This document shows, in pieces, positions 28,848 through 38,270 of a DNA stretch of 64,000 bases. The stretch's first letter is position 1; the number at the start of each line of letters is the position of its first letter. The DNA lies in assembly GCA_046565645.1 (NCBI GenBank), contig JBKHYD010000040.1, positions 71,785 through 135,784 on the forward strand, read 5' to 3'. This DNA is from Acidimicrobiia bacterium (GTDB lineage: Bacteria > Actinomycetota > Acidimicrobiia > Acidimicrobiales > VFJN01). The notes under the pieces were generated by a model. The model searched no databases, was not told the origin of the DNA, and was given only the letters and a program-made list of their open reading frames with translations. Both the position numbers and the translations under genes were made by a program.

Positions 28848-30941
28848 GTGAGCCCACTGACGGCGTCCCGAGGAGCGAGCGTGCCCCACCCGACAGCGAA
28901 GATCCGCAACGTGGCCCTCGTCGGGCACGGCGGGGCCGGCAAGACCACCCTGGCCGAGGCGCTCCTGCACCGGTCGGGGACGATCAACCGCCTCGGCCGG
29001 GTCGAGGACGGGTCCACGGTGAGCGACCACGACCCCGAAGAGCAGCGGCGCGGGCTCTCCCTGTCGCTCGCGCTCACCCCGTTCGAGTGGAAGGGCCACA
29101 AGGTCAACCTGATCGACACGCCCGGCTACGCGGACTTCATGGGCGATGTCGCAGCGGCCCTGCGGGTGGTGGACCTCGCCGTGTTCGTGGTCTCCGCAGT
29201 GGACGGCGTGGAGGTCCAGACCGAGGTGATCTGGCGGGAGGCGGCGCGCCTCGGGGTGCCCAGGATGGTCTTCGTGAACAAGCTGGACCGGGAGCGGGCC
29301 GACTTCGAGGCCACCCTCACCCAGCTGCGGGACCGGCTGGGCGCCGGCGTGGCTCCCTTGGAGCTCCCGATCGGTCGGGAGGCTGGCTTTCGTGGGATCG
29401 CCGACCTGCTCACGGACACGGCCCACATCTACGAGGGCGGGGAGCCCCGCACCGAGCCGATCCCCGACGAGATGGAGGAGCTCGAGCACCAGGTCCACGA
29501 CAACCTCGTGGAGGGGATCGTGGTGGCCGAGGACGCCCTCCTCGAGCGGTACCTCGAGGGCGACGTCCCGAGCTTCGAGGAGCTCGAGCACGCCCTCACG
29601 CTCGGCATCGAGTCCGCCACGGTCTTCCCGGTGGTCTGCGGGTCCGCCACCGCGGAGATCGGGATCGACCGACTGGCGGACTTCCTCGTGGAGATCGGCC
29701 CGCCCCCGGGGGACCGGCCCACGACCGTGCAGGCGGGCGACACCGAGGTGGAGGTACCGGCCGACCCGAGCGCAGACCCGCTGGCCTTCGTGTTCAAGAC
29801 CATCGTCGACCCGTTCGTCGGCCAGGTCTCGCTGTTCAAGGTCCTCTCGGGCACCATCCGCTCGGACGACCACCTCGTATGCACCCGAACCGGCACCGAG
29901 GAGCGCCTCCACGGCCTGTTCCTCGTCCGGGGCAAGGACCACGACCCGGTCGATGCGCTGCCCGCCGGCGACATCGGGGGCGTGGCCAAGCTGGCTGGCA
30001 CCGCCACCGGCGACACGCTGTCGGCCAAGGGCAAGCCGGTGTCGGTCCCGCCGATCGAGCGGCCCCGACCGGTGCTCGCCACCGCGATCGTGGCCCGCAC
30101 CCAGGCCGACGACGACAAGCTCGCCCAGGCCCTGCACCGGCTCCAGGAGGAGGACCCCGGCCTCGTCGTCGACCGGGACGAGGAGACGCACCAGACGATC
30201 CTCCGGGGCACGGGCGAGATGCACCTCGCCATCACGATCGAGCGGCTCGAGCGGAAGTTCGGGGTGGCCGTCGACACCCAGGACGTCGTGGTCCGGTACC
30301 GGGAGACGATCTCGAGGCCGGCCGCGGCCGAGGGCAAGCACAAGAAGCAGTCGGGGGGCCACGGCCAGTTCGCCGTGGTGAGCATCGAGGTCGAGCCGCT
30401 CGAGCGAGGCGGGGGCTTCGAGTTCGTCGACAAGATCGTGGGCGGCGCGATCAGCCGCGGCTACATCCCCGCGGTCGCCAAGGGGATCGAGGAGGCGATG
30501 GCGAGGGGTGGGGTGAACGGCTACCCCGTGGTCGACGTCCGGGTCACGCTGGTCGACGGCAAGGAGCACAGCGTCGACAGCTCGGAGATGGCCTTCCGCG
30601 CCGCCGGCCGGCTGGCCTTCCGCGAGGCCATGGCGCAGGCGGGGCCGGTGGTGCTGGAGCCGGTGGCCCGGGTCGACGTGACGGTGCCGGCGGAGCTCCT
30701 CGGTGACGTCATGGGTGACCTGAACGCGCGTCGAGGCCGGGTCCAGGGCACCGAGCCCGGCGACGACGGCGAGCAGATCGTCTACGCGCTGGTGCCTGAG
30801 AGCGAGCTGCTCCGCTACGCCGTCGACCTGCGGTCGCTGACCGGAGGACGGGGGCGCTTCGCCGCCGAGCACGACCACTACGACGTGCTCCCCGCCCACC
30901 TGGTGGAGAGCATCCGCCGGGACGTCGAGGAGGCGGACTAG
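28848..30941 (+). CDS. Elongation factor G-like GTPase (EF-G paralog)
   Basis: 697 aa. G1 GHGGAGKTTL, DTPGYADF, NKLD, and the full EF-G domain order. Lacks some canonical EF-G N-terminal sequence, consistent with an EF-G2-type paralog. The start could be an internal GTG. Confidence 0.88.
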   Translation: MSPLTASRGASVPHPTAKIRNVALVGHGGAGKTTLAEALLHRSGTINRLGRVEDGSTVSDHDPEEQRRGLSLSLALTPFEWKGHKVNLIDTPGYADFMGDVAAALRVVDLAVFVVSAVDGVEVQTEVIWREAARLGVPRMVFVNKLDRERADFEATLTQLRDRLGAGVAPLELPIGREAGFRGIADLLTDTAHIYEGGEPRTEPIPDEMEELEHQVHDNLVEGIVVAEDALLERYLEGDVPSFEELEHALTLGIESATVFPVVCGSATAEIGIDRLADFLVEIGPPPGDRPTTVQAGDTEVEVPADPSADPLAFVFKTIVDPFVGQVSLFKVLSGTIRSDDHLVCTRTGTEERLHGLFLVRGKDHDPVDALPAGDIGGVAKLAGTATGDTLSAKGKPVSVPPIERPRPVLATAIVARTQADDDKLAQALHRLQEEDPGLVVDRDEETHQTILRGTGEMHLAITIERLERKFGVAVDTQDVVVRYRETISRPAAAEGKHKKQSGGHGQFAVVSIEVEPLERGGGFEFVDKIVGGAISRGYIPAVAKGIEEAMARGGVNGYPVVDVRVTLVDGKEHSVDSSEMAFRAAGRLAFREAMAQAGPVVLEPVARVDVTVPAELLGDVMGDLNARRGRVQGTEPGDDGEQIVYALVPESELLRYAVDLRSLTGGRGRFAAEHDHYDVLPAHLVESIRRDVEEAD

Positions 30942-30983
30942 CGCCGTCGGGTCGACCGGACCGCCGCGGGGCAGACTCGGGGC

Positions 30984-31478
30984 ATGAGCCCTCGACCGCC
31001 CGCTGATGCCGTCATCGCCCTCCGGGGTCTGGAGCGCCGCTATCGGAGCCTCTTCACCGGGCTGGAGGACGACGAGGCCCCCGAGGACCTCGCCCACCGC
31101 AACGGTCCCGACGGGCGTTCGGCCATCGACCACATCGTGGCGGCGGCCCGCACGCTGACCTTCCTCGGTCGGGGCGTCGAGCAGGCGCTGGTCGAGGACG
31201 ACCCCGTGCTCCACCCCGCGGTCGCCGACCCGGACCAGCGGGAGTGGCCGACCGCCGAAGGCACCGTCGACGACGCCCTCGCCGAGCTGGCTCGGGCCGC
31301 CGAAGCGCTCGCCGGCCGCGTGGAGCACGTCTCGGCCGCTGGTTGGGACCGGCACGTGCGGGTGGCCGGCCACGACGCCACCACCACCCCCCTCGCCATC
31401 CTCTGGGACGCCGTGGACAGCGCGATCAGCCACCTGAAGGACGCCCAGCGAGCCCTCGACCAGGTCAGAGGGCGCTGA
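30984..31478 (+). CDS. Hypothetical protein
   Basis: 164-aa ORF with no overlap with neighbouring genes. No motif recognised. Confidence 0.55.
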   Translation: MSPRPPADAVIALRGLERRYRSLFTGLEDDEAPEDLAHRNGPDGRSAIDHIVAAARTLTFLGRGVEQALVEDDPVLHPAVADPDQREWPTAEGTVDDALAELARAAEALAGRVEHVSAAGWDRHVRVAGHDATTTPLAILWDAVDSAISHLKDAQRALDQVRGR

Positions 31479-31518
31479 TGCGCTGACCCGCCCGTCGGGG
31501 GGCGTGGGGGAGATCGAC

Positions 31519-31538
31519 CTCGAAGCTCGAGCTTCGAG
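31519..31538. terminator. Perfect 20-bp palindrome CTCGAAGCTCGAGCTTCGAG between convergent genes (candidate bidirectional terminator)
   Basis: Read directly. Lies between the stops at 31478 (+) and 31544 (-). No U-tract. Confidence 0.4.
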
Positions 31539-31543
31539 ATCGA

Positions 31544-32092
31544 CTACAGATCCGACCAGTCCTCGGGGTTGTCCTCGGTGAAGTGGGCCACGATGTCGCC
31601 GTCGACGCCGTCCACCAGCACGAGGCCGCGGGTCTTGGGCGGGTCCTCCGCCGAGTAGAGGAGGATCCGCCAGGTGGGCCGGCTGCGCAGCCCTCGCCAT
31701 CCGAGCTGCGCGGAGGCGTGGCCCACGGCGAACCCGACCTCCCGGGTGGCGGCCACGAGCGCGTCCCGCTCGTCGACGTCGAGGTCCCAGCCGGCGAGCA
31801 GGTGGTAGGCCCCCACCAGGACGAGCAGGATCCCGGCGCCGAGGAAGCCGCCGTTGACCAGCACCCCCTCGCCCTGCCCGGTGGCCGCCCAGGCACCGAT
31901 GCAGGCCACGCCGGTGAGGAGGTAGAGGTAGCCCGGGATGCGGCGGCGGTTGTTGTTCGGGAAGACGTAGGGGCCGACGTACTCGCTGGCGTTCAGGTCC
32001 TCGGGCAGCTCGTCCACGACGTCCTCGTCCCGCACGGGTCCGGTGGGGGGCTCCTGCGAGGGGACGGCGGGGTCCGCGGTGTCGTCAGCCAT
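31544..32092 (-). CDS. Hypothetical membrane protein
   Basis: Last 182 codons of ORF 31544..32362 from the ATG at 32092. Acidic N-terminus and two predicted TM helices (IPGYLYLLTGVACIGAWA, GFLGAGILLVLVGAYHLLAGW). Confidence 0.6.
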   Translation of the reverse strand: MADDTADPAVPSQEPPTGPVRDEDVVDELPEDLNASEYVGPYVFPNNNRRRIPGYLYLLTGVACIGAWAATGQGEGVLVNGGFLGAGILLVLVGAYHLLAGWDLDVDERDALVAATREVGFAVGHASAQLGWRGLRSRPTWRILLYSAEDPPKTRGLVLVDGVDGDIVAHFTEDNPEDWSDL

Positions 32093-32121
32093 GTCGGGGC
32101 GCGACGGTACCGGTGGCCGGC

Positions 32122-32649
32122 TCAGGTGGGCCAAGCGGCACGGATCCGGTCGGCGGCCTCGTCGAGCGGCACGGGCAGGACGCGGGTCTCGGCGGCCACC
32201 GCGATGAAGTTGGCGTCGCCGTGCCAGCGGGGCACGCAGTGGACGTGGAGGTGGTCGGACTGGGAGCCGCCCGCCGCCGCACCCAGGTTGAGCCCGACGT
32301 TGACGGCGTCGCAGGCGAAGGCGGCCTTTAGGGCGACCACGGCCGAGCGGACCGCGCTCCACAGCTCGAGGTGCTCCTCGTCGGTCAGGTCCTCGAGGTC
32401 GGCCACCGCCCGGTTGGGCAGCACCATGAGGTGGCCGGCGGTGTACGGGTACAGGTTGATGAGGGCGAAGCAGGTGCGACCGCGCCAGAGCACCCCGGCC
32501 TCCTCGTCACCCTCCTCGTCGGCCCCGGCGAGGATCCGCTCGAAGAGCGACCGGCCGCCCGCCTCCTCCGGGCTGGGAACGGTCCGGCTGTCGACGACCC
32601 GGCCGACGTAGGCCGAGCGCCAGGTGGCCCAGAGGTGGTCAAGCGGCAC
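32122..32649 (-). CDS. HIT family protein (Ap4A phosphorylase-like)
   Basis: 175 aa. Histidine triad HLHVHCVPR. Located next to thrS, as in mycobacteria. Confidence 0.88.
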   Translation of the reverse strand: MPLDHLWATWRSAYVGRVVDSRTVPSPEEAGGRSLFERILAGADEEGDEEAGVLWRGRTCFALINLYPYTAGHLMVLPNRAVADLEDLTDEEHLELWSAVRSAVVALKAAFACDAVNVGLNLGAAAGGSQSDHLHVHCVPRWHGDANFIAVAAETRVLPVPLDEAADRIRAAWPT

Positions 32650-32661
32650 GGGGCACCGGGC

Positions 32662-34659
32662 TCACAGCTTGGCGGTCACCTGGGCGTGCAGGCGCTCGAC
32701 GAGCTGGTCCATGGGGACGTCGCGCTCGGGGCGGTCGCTCCCTCGCTCGTTCACGCCCACGGTGCCGTGCTCGACATCGTCGTCGCCGACCACGAGGACG
32801 TAGGGGACCTTCTCGAGCTTCGCCTTGCGGATCCGGGCGCCCAGGGGCTCGTCGGCCCCGGCGAGCTCGGCGCGGAAGCCGTCGGCGTCCAGGCGGTCGA
32901 CGAGCCGGGCTGCGTAGGCGTGGTGGTCGCTGCGGACCGGGAGGATCCGAACCTGCTCGGGAGCGAGCCACACGGGGAACGCGCCGGCGAAGTGCTCCAC
33001 GAGGACGCCGAAGAACCGCTCCATCGAGCCGAAGAGGGCCCGGTGGATCATGATCGGCGTGTGGCGCTCGTTGTCAGCGCCCACGTACTCGAGGCCGAGC
33101 CGCACGGCCATGTTGAAGTCGTACTGGATGGTGGAGAGCTGCCAGCTGCGGCCGATCGCGTCCCGCACCTTGACGTCGATCTTCGGGCCGTAGAACGCCC
33201 CACCGCCCTCGTCGACGTCGAACGGGAGCCCGGCGTCCACGAGCGCCGCCTCGAGCGCCCGCTCGGCCGCCTTCCAGCCCTCGTCGGTGCCGACCGACTT
33301 CTCCGGGGGGCGGGTCGACAGGCTGGCCGTGAAGTCCTCGAACCCGAAGGCCCGGAGCACGGACAGCACGAAGTCGAGGAGGCTGATGATCTCGGCCGGC
33401 GCCTGGTCGGGGGTGCAGAAGATGTGGCTGTCGTCCTGGGTGAAGCCCCGGATGCGCAGCAGTCCGTGCAGGGTGCCGGCTCGCTCGTAGCGGTACACGG
33501 TGCCGAGCTCGTAGAGCCGCAGCGGCAGCTCGCGGTAGGAGCGCTGCCGGCTCTTGAAGACGAGCAGGTGCATCGGGCAGTTCATCGGCTTCGGGTAGTA
33601 GACGCCGTTGTCCATCTCCATCGGCGGGTACATGGAGTCGGCGTAGAACCCGAGGTGGCCGGACCTCTCGAAGAGCGTGGCCTTGCTCAGGTGAGGCGTG
33701 TAGACGAACTCGTAGCCCCCGTGCAGGTGGCGCTCCCGGCTGTAGTCCTCCATGAGCTTGCGGACGACCCCTCCCTTGGGGTGCCAGACGGCGAGCCCTC
33801 CGCCCAGCTCCTCCGGGAACGAGAAGAGGTCCAGCTCGACGCCGAGCTTGCGGTGGTCGCGCTTGGCCGCCTCCTCGAGGCGGTGCAGGTGCGCCTCCAG
33901 CGCCTGCTTCGTGTCCCAGGCCGTGCCGTAGATCCGCTGGAGCTGTGGGTTCTCCTCGCTCCCCCGCCAGTACGCCCCGGCGACGCGCATCAGCTTGAAG
34001 TGCCCGAGGTGGCGCCTGGTGTCGGGGACGTGGGGCCCCCGACACAGGTCGATGAACCCTGGGTAGCCGGCGAACGGTGGCCGCTCCTTGGGAGCGGCAG
34101 GCGGGTTCTCGTAGGTGCGCACGGCCTCGGTGGACGAGGTGGCCGACATCGGGTCGGTCGAGGCGTCGTCGATGATCTCGAGCTTGTAGCGGTGGCCGGC
34201 GAACACCTGGCGGGCCCGGTCAGCGGGGAGCTCGTCACGGACGAACGGTTGCGCCTCGGCGATGATCTCCCGCATGCGGGCCTCGATCTTCTCGAGGTCC
34301 TCCTCCACGAACGTGCCCCCGCCGGGGAGCTCGAAGTCGTAGTAGAAGCCGTCCTCCACGGGGGGCCCGATGCCGAAGGTGGCCCCCGGGAACAGGTCCA
34401 GCACGGCCTGCGCCAGCACGTGGGCCGTGGAGTGCCGGATCGTGTAGAGCCCCCGCTCGCTGTCGGCGGTGATGACCGCCACCTCGTCGCCGTCGCCCAG
34501 CGGCGTGTCGAGGTCGCGCTCCTCGCCGTTGACCACCGCGATCACGGCCGCCTTGGCCAGCCGGGAGCCGATCGACGCCGCCAGCTCGGCGGCGGTGGTG
34601 CCGGCGGGGACCGATCGCTCGGAACCGTCGGGCAACCTGATCGTGATCTCCTCGGCCAT
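32662..34659 (-). CDS. thrS: Threonyl-tRNA synthetase
   Basis: TGS N-terminus, class II core (YRYERAGTLHGLLRIRGFTQDDSHIF, GGAFYGPKID). Start set at the ATG at 34659 (MAEEITIRLPDG). Confidence 0.95.
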   Translation of the reverse strand: MAEEITIRLPDGSERSVPAGTTAAELAASIGSRLAKAAVIAVVNGEERDLDTPLGDGDEVAVITADSERGLYTIRHSTAHVLAQAVLDLFPGATFGIGPPVEDGFYYDFELPGGGTFVEEDLEKIEARMREIIAEAQPFVRDELPADRARQVFAGHRYKLEIIDDASTDPMSATSSTEAVRTYENPPAAPKERPPFAGYPGFIDLCRGPHVPDTRRHLGHFKLMRVAGAYWRGSEENPQLQRIYGTAWDTKQALEAHLHRLEEAAKRDHRKLGVELDLFSFPEELGGGLAVWHPKGGVVRKLMEDYSRERHLHGGYEFVYTPHLSKATLFERSGHLGFYADSMYPPMEMDNGVYYPKPMNCPMHLLVFKSRQRSYRELPLRLYELGTVYRYERAGTLHGLLRIRGFTQDDSHIFCTPDQAPAEIISLLDFVLSVLRAFGFEDFTASLSTRPPEKSVGTDEGWKAAERALEAALVDAGLPFDVDEGGGAFYGPKIDVKVRDAIGRSWQLSTIQYDFNMAVRLGLEYVGADNERHTPIMIHRALFGSMERFFGVLVEHFAGAFPVWLAPEQVRILPVRSDHHAYAARLVDRLDADGFRAELAGADEPLGARIRKAKLEKVPYVLVVGDDDVEHGTVGVNERGSDRPERDVPMDQLVERLHAQVTAKL

Positions 34660-34704
34660 GGCCGGAGGGTACCGGAGCGCTCCGAGCACTCCCGAACCCG
34701 TTGA

Positions 34705-35511
34705 TCAGGTGCGTGGAGCGAGCACCTCGGTGCTGCTGCGGCGCCGCGCCTCGCCTGCGCCGTTGCTGGCGGTGACCCGGTGGAGCTGCGGTCCGGCGCC
34801 GATCGACTCGTCGCTCGTGGCCGGAGCCGACGGGAACGACTCGGGCTTCTTCGTGGCGTACTCGTCCACGTACTCCTGCCCGGACAGCTCCCGGATCTCG
34901 TACATGACCTCGTCGATGATCTGGCGCAGCACGAGCCGGTCCTCAGCGCGGTCGGCGTAGCGGCGCACGTCGATGGGGCGCCCGAACCGGACCGTCACCG
35001 ACTTGAAGGGGCGCGGCAGCTTCACCTCGGGGGGCTGGACCTCCCGGGTGCCGATGAGGCCGACGGGCACGATCGGGCACCCGGTGCGGAGGGCGAGCCG
35101 GGCCGGGCCGGTGTGCCCGCGGTGCAGCTTGCCGGTGCGGGAGCGGGTGCCCTCGGGGTAGATGCCGAAGTAGCAGCCCTCCTCCAGCACCCTCGCCGCG
35201 GTGTCGAGCGCCCGCTCGGCCGCGCTGCCGCCGCCCCGGTCGATCGGGATCATGCCGAGCGCCGGGAACAGGTGGCGGGTCTTCCAGGAGTCCATGTACT
35301 CGGCCTTGCCGACGAACTTGATCTGCCGGGGTAGCGCGAGGGGGAGGAAGAACGAGTCGATCGCCGCGGTGTGGTTCGGGCAGAAGATCGCCCCGCCTTC
35401 GGTGGGGACGTTCTCGAGCCCCTCCACCTCGATCTTCCAGAGGGTGCGGAAGATCGGCGTGAGCACCTTGCGAGCGATCGGGTACAGCCGCCCGACGTCC
35501 TGGCTCGACAT
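34705..35511 (-). CDS. 1-acyl-sn-glycerol-3-phosphate acyltransferase family protein
   Basis: PlsC-type HXXXXD motif (CPNHTAAIDS) and YPEGTRS motif. Start at the ATG at 35511. Confidence 0.88.
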   Translation of the reverse strand: MSSQDVGRLYPIARKVLTPIFRTLWKIEVEGLENVPTEGGAIFCPNHTAAIDSFFLPLALPRQIKFVGKAEYMDSWKTRHLFPALGMIPIDRGGGSAAERALDTAARVLEEGCYFGIYPEGTRSRTGKLHRGHTGPARLALRTGCPIVPVGLIGTREVQPPEVKLPRPFKSVTVRFGRPIDVRRYADRAEDRLVLRQIIDEVMYEIRELSGQEYVDEYATKKPESFPSAPATSDESIGAGPQLHRVTASNGAGEARRRSSTEVLAPRT

Positions 35512-35581
35512 TGGTGCGCTGGCTCCCACGAGCCGGAGTCTTGCAGCCCTGGCCGACCCGTGTCGGCCAGTGCCCGCGACC

Positions 35582-36724
35582 TCAGAGCGCGACGCCGAGG
35601 AGCGCCGCCGCCTCGCTCACCCCGAGGCCCTGCGCCGCTGCGTCGTCGATCGCAGCGATGGCGCCGGGCGTGTCGAGATCGTCGTCGAGCCGCTCCCGGA
35701 CCCGGGCGAGGCCGCCGTCGCCGACGCCGGCGGCCCGCCACCGCTCGAGCCGCTCGGCCGCCCGCGGCATGCGGGTGTCGTCCCACTCCCAGGGGTGCCG
35801 GTAGTGGTTCTCCACGATCATGAGCCGGATGGCCATCGGGTCCCAGGCCTTGCGCAGCTCCGACACGAAGACGAGGTTGCCGAGGGACTTGGACATCTTC
35901 TGGCCGTCCATGTGGACCATCGCCTGGTGCATCCAGTGGCGAACGAACGGCTCGCCGGTAGCGGCCTCGGACTGGGCGCGCTCGCACTCGTGGTGGGGGA
36001 AGATCAGGTCTGCGCCACCGCCGTGGAGGTCGATCGTGGTCCCGAGCTCGCGAAGGGCCAGCGCCGAGCACTCGATGTGCCAACCCGGCCGGCCCGGCCC
36101 CCAGAGGCTGTCCCAGGACGGCTCGTCGGGGAGAGAGGGCTGCCAGAGCACGAAGTCGAGCGGGTCGCGCTTGTTCGGGTCCTCCACGTTGCCGCCCCGC
36201 TCCGCGGCGAAGGCCAGCATCTGCTCGCGGTCGTACCCCGACACGCTCCCGAAGTCCGGGAACGACGACACGTCGAAGTAGACCGCCCCGCCGGCCTGGT
36301 AGGCGTAGCCCTGATCCAGCACCATGCCGATGAAGCCCCGGATGTCGGCGATCGCGGAGGTGGCGCGCGGCTCGCTCCACGGCGACAGCATCCCGAGCGC
36401 GGCCATGTCGTCGTCGAAGCGGGCCACCTCGGCCGCCGCGAGGTCGAGGTAGTGCACCCCGAGCTCGCGCGCTCGCCCGAGGATCGAGTCGTCCACGTCG
36501 GTGATGTTCCGCACGCAGCGGGTCTCGTGACCGAGGTCCCGCAGGCGGCGCTGGAGCACGTCGTAGGCCACGTAGACGGCGGCATGGCCGAGGTGGGTCG
36601 CGTCGTACGGCGTGATGCCGCACGTGTACATCGTCACGAGGGGTCCGGGCTGGAACGGCACCACCGCTCGGCGGGCGGTGCAGTAGAGCCGCACCGGGCC
36701 CTCGCCGGCCACCGGCTCGGTCAC
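35582..36724 (-). CDS. mshC: Cysteine:GlcN-Ins ligase MshC (CysRS paralog lacking the anticodon-binding domain)
   Basis: 380 aa. HLGHA (HIGH-like), KMSKS, GRPGWHIECS. Short length and ERGGNVEDPNKRDPLDFVLWQ resemble MshC rather than a full CysRS. Confidence 0.8.
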   Translation of the reverse strand: MTEPVAGEGPVRLYCTARRAVVPFQPGPLVTMYTCGITPYDATHLGHAAVYVAYDVLQRRLRDLGHETRCVRNITDVDDSILGRARELGVHYLDLAAAEVARFDDDMAALGMLSPWSEPRATSAIADIRGFIGMVLDQGYAYQAGGAVYFDVSSFPDFGSVSGYDREQMLAFAAERGGNVEDPNKRDPLDFVLWQPSLPDEPSWDSLWGPGRPGWHIECSALALRELGTTIDLHGGGADLIFPHHECERAQSEAATGEPFVRHWMHQAMVHMDGQKMSKSLGNLVFVSELRKAWDPMAIRLMIVENHYRHPWEWDDTRMPRAAERLERWRAAGVGDGGLARVRERLDDDLDTPGAIAAIDDAAAQGLGVSEAAALLGVAL

Positions 36725-36734
36725 GGCCCGACAC

Positions 36735-37391
36735 TCACTCCGGGATGCTCGTGAACTTCACCGCCACGCGCGTCTTGTAGCGCACGTTGAGCTGGAGCAG
36801 CACCGCGGTGAACGACTCGATGGGCGTGGCGAGGGAGAGCTCTCCCGCGTCGAGCGGGCGCATGTTCGGGATCTTGGCCACCAGGTCGGAGGTGGCCTGG
36901 GTGGCGTCGGGGTAGTCCGAGCAGATGAGCACGTCGCTCTCGATGGGGTGGTCGAGATCCCCGAGCTCCTTGGCCGGCACGTGGTGGAGCGCGGCGGCGA
37001 CGCGGCTCCGAGGGAGCGCGGCCTGGACGCTGGCCGCCACCGACCCGCGGGGCGGCACGAGCGGCTGGAACTCCTTGCCGATCCGGGTGAGGGCGTTGGC
37101 CATCGAGATCACCACCTTGCCCCGAAGCTCCCTCTCGACCGAGGCGGCCGTCTGGGTGGCACCGTCCCACGGGGTGGCGATCACCACGAGGTCCGCGGTG
37201 GCGGCGTCGGCGTTGTCGCCCGCCGCGATCAGCAGCTCCCGACCCGGCCACCGCTCGAGCAGCCCGTCGACCGCCTCCATGGCCCGGTACTTCGACCGCG
37301 AGCCGACGATCGTCTCGAACCCGGCCGCCGCCAGCCGCGCCGCGAGGGCGCTGCCCGCCGGACCGGTGCCTCCAAGGATCCCGATGCGCAT
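36735..37391 (-). CDS. NADPH-dependent F420 reductase (NpdG-like)
   Basis: MRIGILGGTGPAGSALA Rossmann N-terminus and overall length typical of F420-dependent NADP oxidoreductase. Confidence 0.8.
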   Translation of the reverse strand: MRIGILGGTGPAGSALAARLAAAGFETIVGSRSKYRAMEAVDGLLERWPGRELLIAAGDNADAATADLVVIATPWDGATQTAASVERELRGKVVISMANALTRIGKEFQPLVPPRGSVAASVQAALPRSRVAAALHHVPAKELGDLDHPIESDVLICSDYPDATQATSDLVAKIPNMRPLDAGELSLATPIESFTAVLLQLNVRYKTRVAVKFTSIPE

Positions 37392-37480
37392 CGGCGACAC
37401 CGTAGCGGCGCGCCTGCGCCTCGCTGCCAGTCGGCAGCGCCGGCCCGTAACAGCCCGCCTCTCGTGGCAGTCTCAGGCCC

Positions 37481-38254
37481 ATGGCTCTCCTCCACGGCAA
37501 GCGCATCCTCGTCACCGGCGTCCTCACCGACGCCTCCCTCGCCTTCGGGGTGGCCCGCACGGCGCAGGAGCAAGGCGCCGAGGTGATCCTGACCGGCGCC
37601 GGGCGGGGCCTCTCGCTGACCCGTCGCACCGCCCGCAAGCTGCCTGAGCCAGCCGAGGTGCTGGAGCTGGACGTCACCGCTCCCGAGCAGGTGGCCGCCG
37701 TCCGGGACGAGCTCGGCGAGCGGTGGGGCCGAGTGGACGGCGCCCTCCACGCCATCGGGTTCGCGCCCGCGTCGTGCCTCGGCGGCGGGTTCACGGAGGC
37801 GCCCTGGGAGGACGTGGCGACCGCGCTGCAGATCTCTGCCTACTCGTTGAAGACCCTGGCCGACGTGGTCGTCCCCCACATGGCCGAGGGCGGCAGCATC
37901 GTGGGGCTCGACTTCGACAACAGCACGCAGGCCTGGCCGGCCTACGACTGGATGGGCGTGGCCAAGGCGGCGCTCGAGTCCACCTCCCGCTACCTCGCGC
38001 GCGACCTCGGTCCGAAGGGCGTTCGGGTGAACCTGGTGGCGGCAGGGCCCATCAAGACGCTGGCGGCCAAGTCCATCCCGGGCTTCTCCCGGTTCGAAGA
38101 CGTGTGGGACGAGCGGAGCCCGCTCGGGTGGGACGTGAAGGGCGATGCCGACGCGGTGGCCCGCGCGGTGGTGGCCCTGCTCTCGGACTGGTTCCCGAAG
38201 ACCACCGGTGAGCTGGTGCACGTGGACGGCGGCTTCCACGCCGTCGCCACCTGA
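37481..38254 (+). CDS. fabI: Enoyl-[acyl-carrier-protein] reductase (NADH), FabI/InhA type
   Basis: 257 aa. GKRILVTGV...SLAFGVA, and YDWMGVAKAALES contains the Y-x6-K catalytic pattern. Confidence 0.92.
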   Translation: MALLHGKRILVTGVLTDASLAFGVARTAQEQGAEVILTGAGRGLSLTRRTARKLPEPAEVLELDVTAPEQVAAVRDELGERWGRVDGALHAIGFAPASCLGGGFTEAPWEDVATALQISAYSLKTLADVVVPHMAEGGSIVGLDFDNSTQAWPAYDWMGVAKAALESTSRYLARDLGPKGVRVNLVAAGPIKTLAAKSIPGFSRFEDVWDERSPLGWDVKGDADAVARAVVALLSDWFPKTTGELVHVDGGFHAVAT

Positions 38255-38270
38255 GGCCCGGGCGGCGGGG

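Noticed and set aside
28245-31700. 1151-aa ORF on the minus strand across the EF-G-like gene
   Set aside because: It is antisense to a full-length GTPase with intact G motifs. The translation is low-complexity (Arg/Gly/Pro/Asp), with no start context.
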